Shown piece by piece: positions 62,061 through 64,000 of a stretch of DNA of 64,000 nt (position 1 is its first letter; every line of letters begins with the position of its first letter). The stretch comes from Octopus sinensis (Eukaryota): assembly GCF_006345805.1 (NCBI RefSeq), contig NC_042998.1:39618001-39682000 (forward strand). The letters run 5' to 3'. The notes beneath the pieces were generated by a model. That model searched no databases, was not told where the DNA came from, and saw nothing but the letters and a program-made list of their open reading frames with translations. The position numbers and the translations under genes were made by a program.

Positions 62061-63362
62061 GATGCTGGAGTCAAGCAAATGGCACCTGTGCCAGGGCCAC
62101 CCTGACACCTTGTCGCCACCAACCTTATCTCTCTTTCTTGCTCCACACTGATTTCTCTCATCAACTGTTGTATAATGTGAGGTAGCCATGTATTTCTTCA
62201 ACAGTAAGAAACAGGTTCTGTTCTGGCCCCTTCCTTCACATGCTAATCTTTCTTCATCTAACATAAAACTATCCCTTCCTTTCTACTGTTGCATAGCCTT
62301 GCAAATTGCACGATAACTTCGTTAGTGCAGGTGTTATGTAAAAGCACCAGTCCACTCTGAAGAGTGGTTGGCACTAGGAAGGGCATCCAGCCCATAAGAA
62401 CTCATGCCTAAGAAGACATTGGAGTATGATGCAGTCCTTGAATCTAGTCAAAGCATCTACTCCATGGAAGACAAACAATAAAACATGTTGATGATGTATC
62501 TTTGCTCTCAACTACACCACCTGGCACTCTCCTCCACAATGACTCCCGTCTGTTCATCACTCACACACTCTCTTCTCTCCTGGGTTATTCTATTACCACT
62601 CAATACCTTTTATTTTATTACCAGCCCTTACACATCTATGATGCCCTCCACCTACCTACTTGTTGTTTTTCTCCACTGCCTCCACATTTAGCCACACACT
62701 GCCCTACTCGAACCTCTACGCTGCCCTCCACATCTTTTCCTCTCATTGCATACACGCACACTTCTTCTCCCACATTTTCTCTGTGTCCCTCCCCCTCCCC
62801 TCCATCAGTTCCCTTTAATGACTCCTAATCTATTGCTCTCTTCTTGCACACCTTCCATCCTTAATCACTTTTATACTGAAAAATAGCTTTTAGGCCTCTA
62901 ACTCACTCTGTTTTCCTCAATAACTTATCACTAACTCCTTTCCTCTGTTCCCTGCCATGCTTCTTCCCTCACCAGGTAGTCCCTACCTCACTACCTGCTG
63001 TTACCTTATCCCCATCACTCTATTGCAACTACAAATTCATACTTTTCATCTTATCCTCCCTTAACCCTTCCTAGAATCATTGGATAGTCTCTCTCTTATT
63101 CTCCTTTAGTTACAGGAGTCACTTTAAGCCCTTAATCTCACAAATGTCAAGGCAAGATTTTGCCATGGAATCAGCTCCCAGTACAATCTGTAAAGTGGCT
63201 GGTATTGGTAAGGGCATCCAGCCATGATGCAATCACCTAACTCATAAGATCCTGTTATTCATCCAACCCATGCCATCATCATCTGCTTTCCATGCTGGCA
63301 TGGGTTGGATGGTTTGACAGGAGCTGACAAGCCATAGCACTGCACCAGGCTTCAATTGTCTA

Positions 63363-64000
63363 CGAGGGGCGTTCAATAAGTAATGCCTCTGGCCCACTTG
63401 CAGTTTTTGATCTAGCTGAAATTTTGCATGTGCAATTATTCATATCTCTATAGATTAAGTGGCAAATTACAGCTCTGAACTAATTGTGGTTTCTGATTTA
63501 CAGGTGTTTGAACTGAGTCAAGTGTGAAATGGAGCCTGTTGAGTGTCGAACAGTGATCCGGTTTTTGTATTTGAAAGGACGCACACCACGAGAGACTTTT
63601 GCTGAAATGAAAGTAACTTATGGTGATGATGCCCCATCATATGACCTTGTAAAATGCTGGCATCGTGAATTCAAACATGGTCGGAACTCTGTGGAAACAG
63701 CTCCCAGATCTGGTCGCCCCACTTCTGCCATTGATGAGGAATCTGTCCGTCAAGTTGAGGCTGCCATTTTAGAAGATCGACGCATAACTATTCGCCAAAT
63801 ATTCCATTAGGTCAAGATTAGTACCAGGTCTGTGGAAACTATCATTCATGACTATTTGCATCTGCAAAAGGTGTCTGCCAGATGGATTCCCAGGTTGCTC
63901 ACACCTTTCCAGAAGCAAGAACGTGTCGAGTGCTCGAGGATGAATTTGAAGATGTGCCAAGAAGACGAGTCAAACTTTTTCAAAAGACTGATTACACAGG
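63363..64000 (+). mobile_element. Young mariner element, 5' part
   Basis: TA then TIR CGAGGGGCGTTCAATAAGTAATGCC; transposase from 63529 with SGRP and WIPRLL motifs; one in-frame TAG at 63808-63810. Confidence 0.92.

Noticed and set aside
59135-63360. Next upstream FANCI exon
   Set aside because: Not found by eye in this repeat-filled stretch; presumed beyond 64000

Overview
AT-rich eukaryotic genomic DNA, most likely a coleoid cephalopod (Octopus); this is inferred from the SINE/RTE repeat families. The window is dominated by the 3' two-thirds of FANCI on the minus strand. I assembled 20 GT-AG coding exons by hand (59134 to 6844, 2684 nt, about 894 residues) with phases consistent throughout. 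The 5' exons lie beyond 64000. A convergent plus-strand gene of unknown identity appears to end at 102-163. Between the two stop codons lies about 5.7 kb that reads like a decayed, intronless coding sequence. The introns are full of RTE LINE fragments, tRNA-derived SINEs, mariner/maT remnants, a Penelope-like remnant, Helitron-like elements and a solo LTR. I see no prokaryotic system, CRISPR array or true tRNA/rRNA gene. Best leads: an intronic CpG-rich 3x28-bp NRF1/CRE promoter-like module, a pre-miRNA-sized hairpin that pairs fully only on the FANCI sense strand, the unidentified decayed ORF, loss of one SQ phosphosite in FANCI, and many fold-back structures in the pre-mRNA. All alignments were done by eye.
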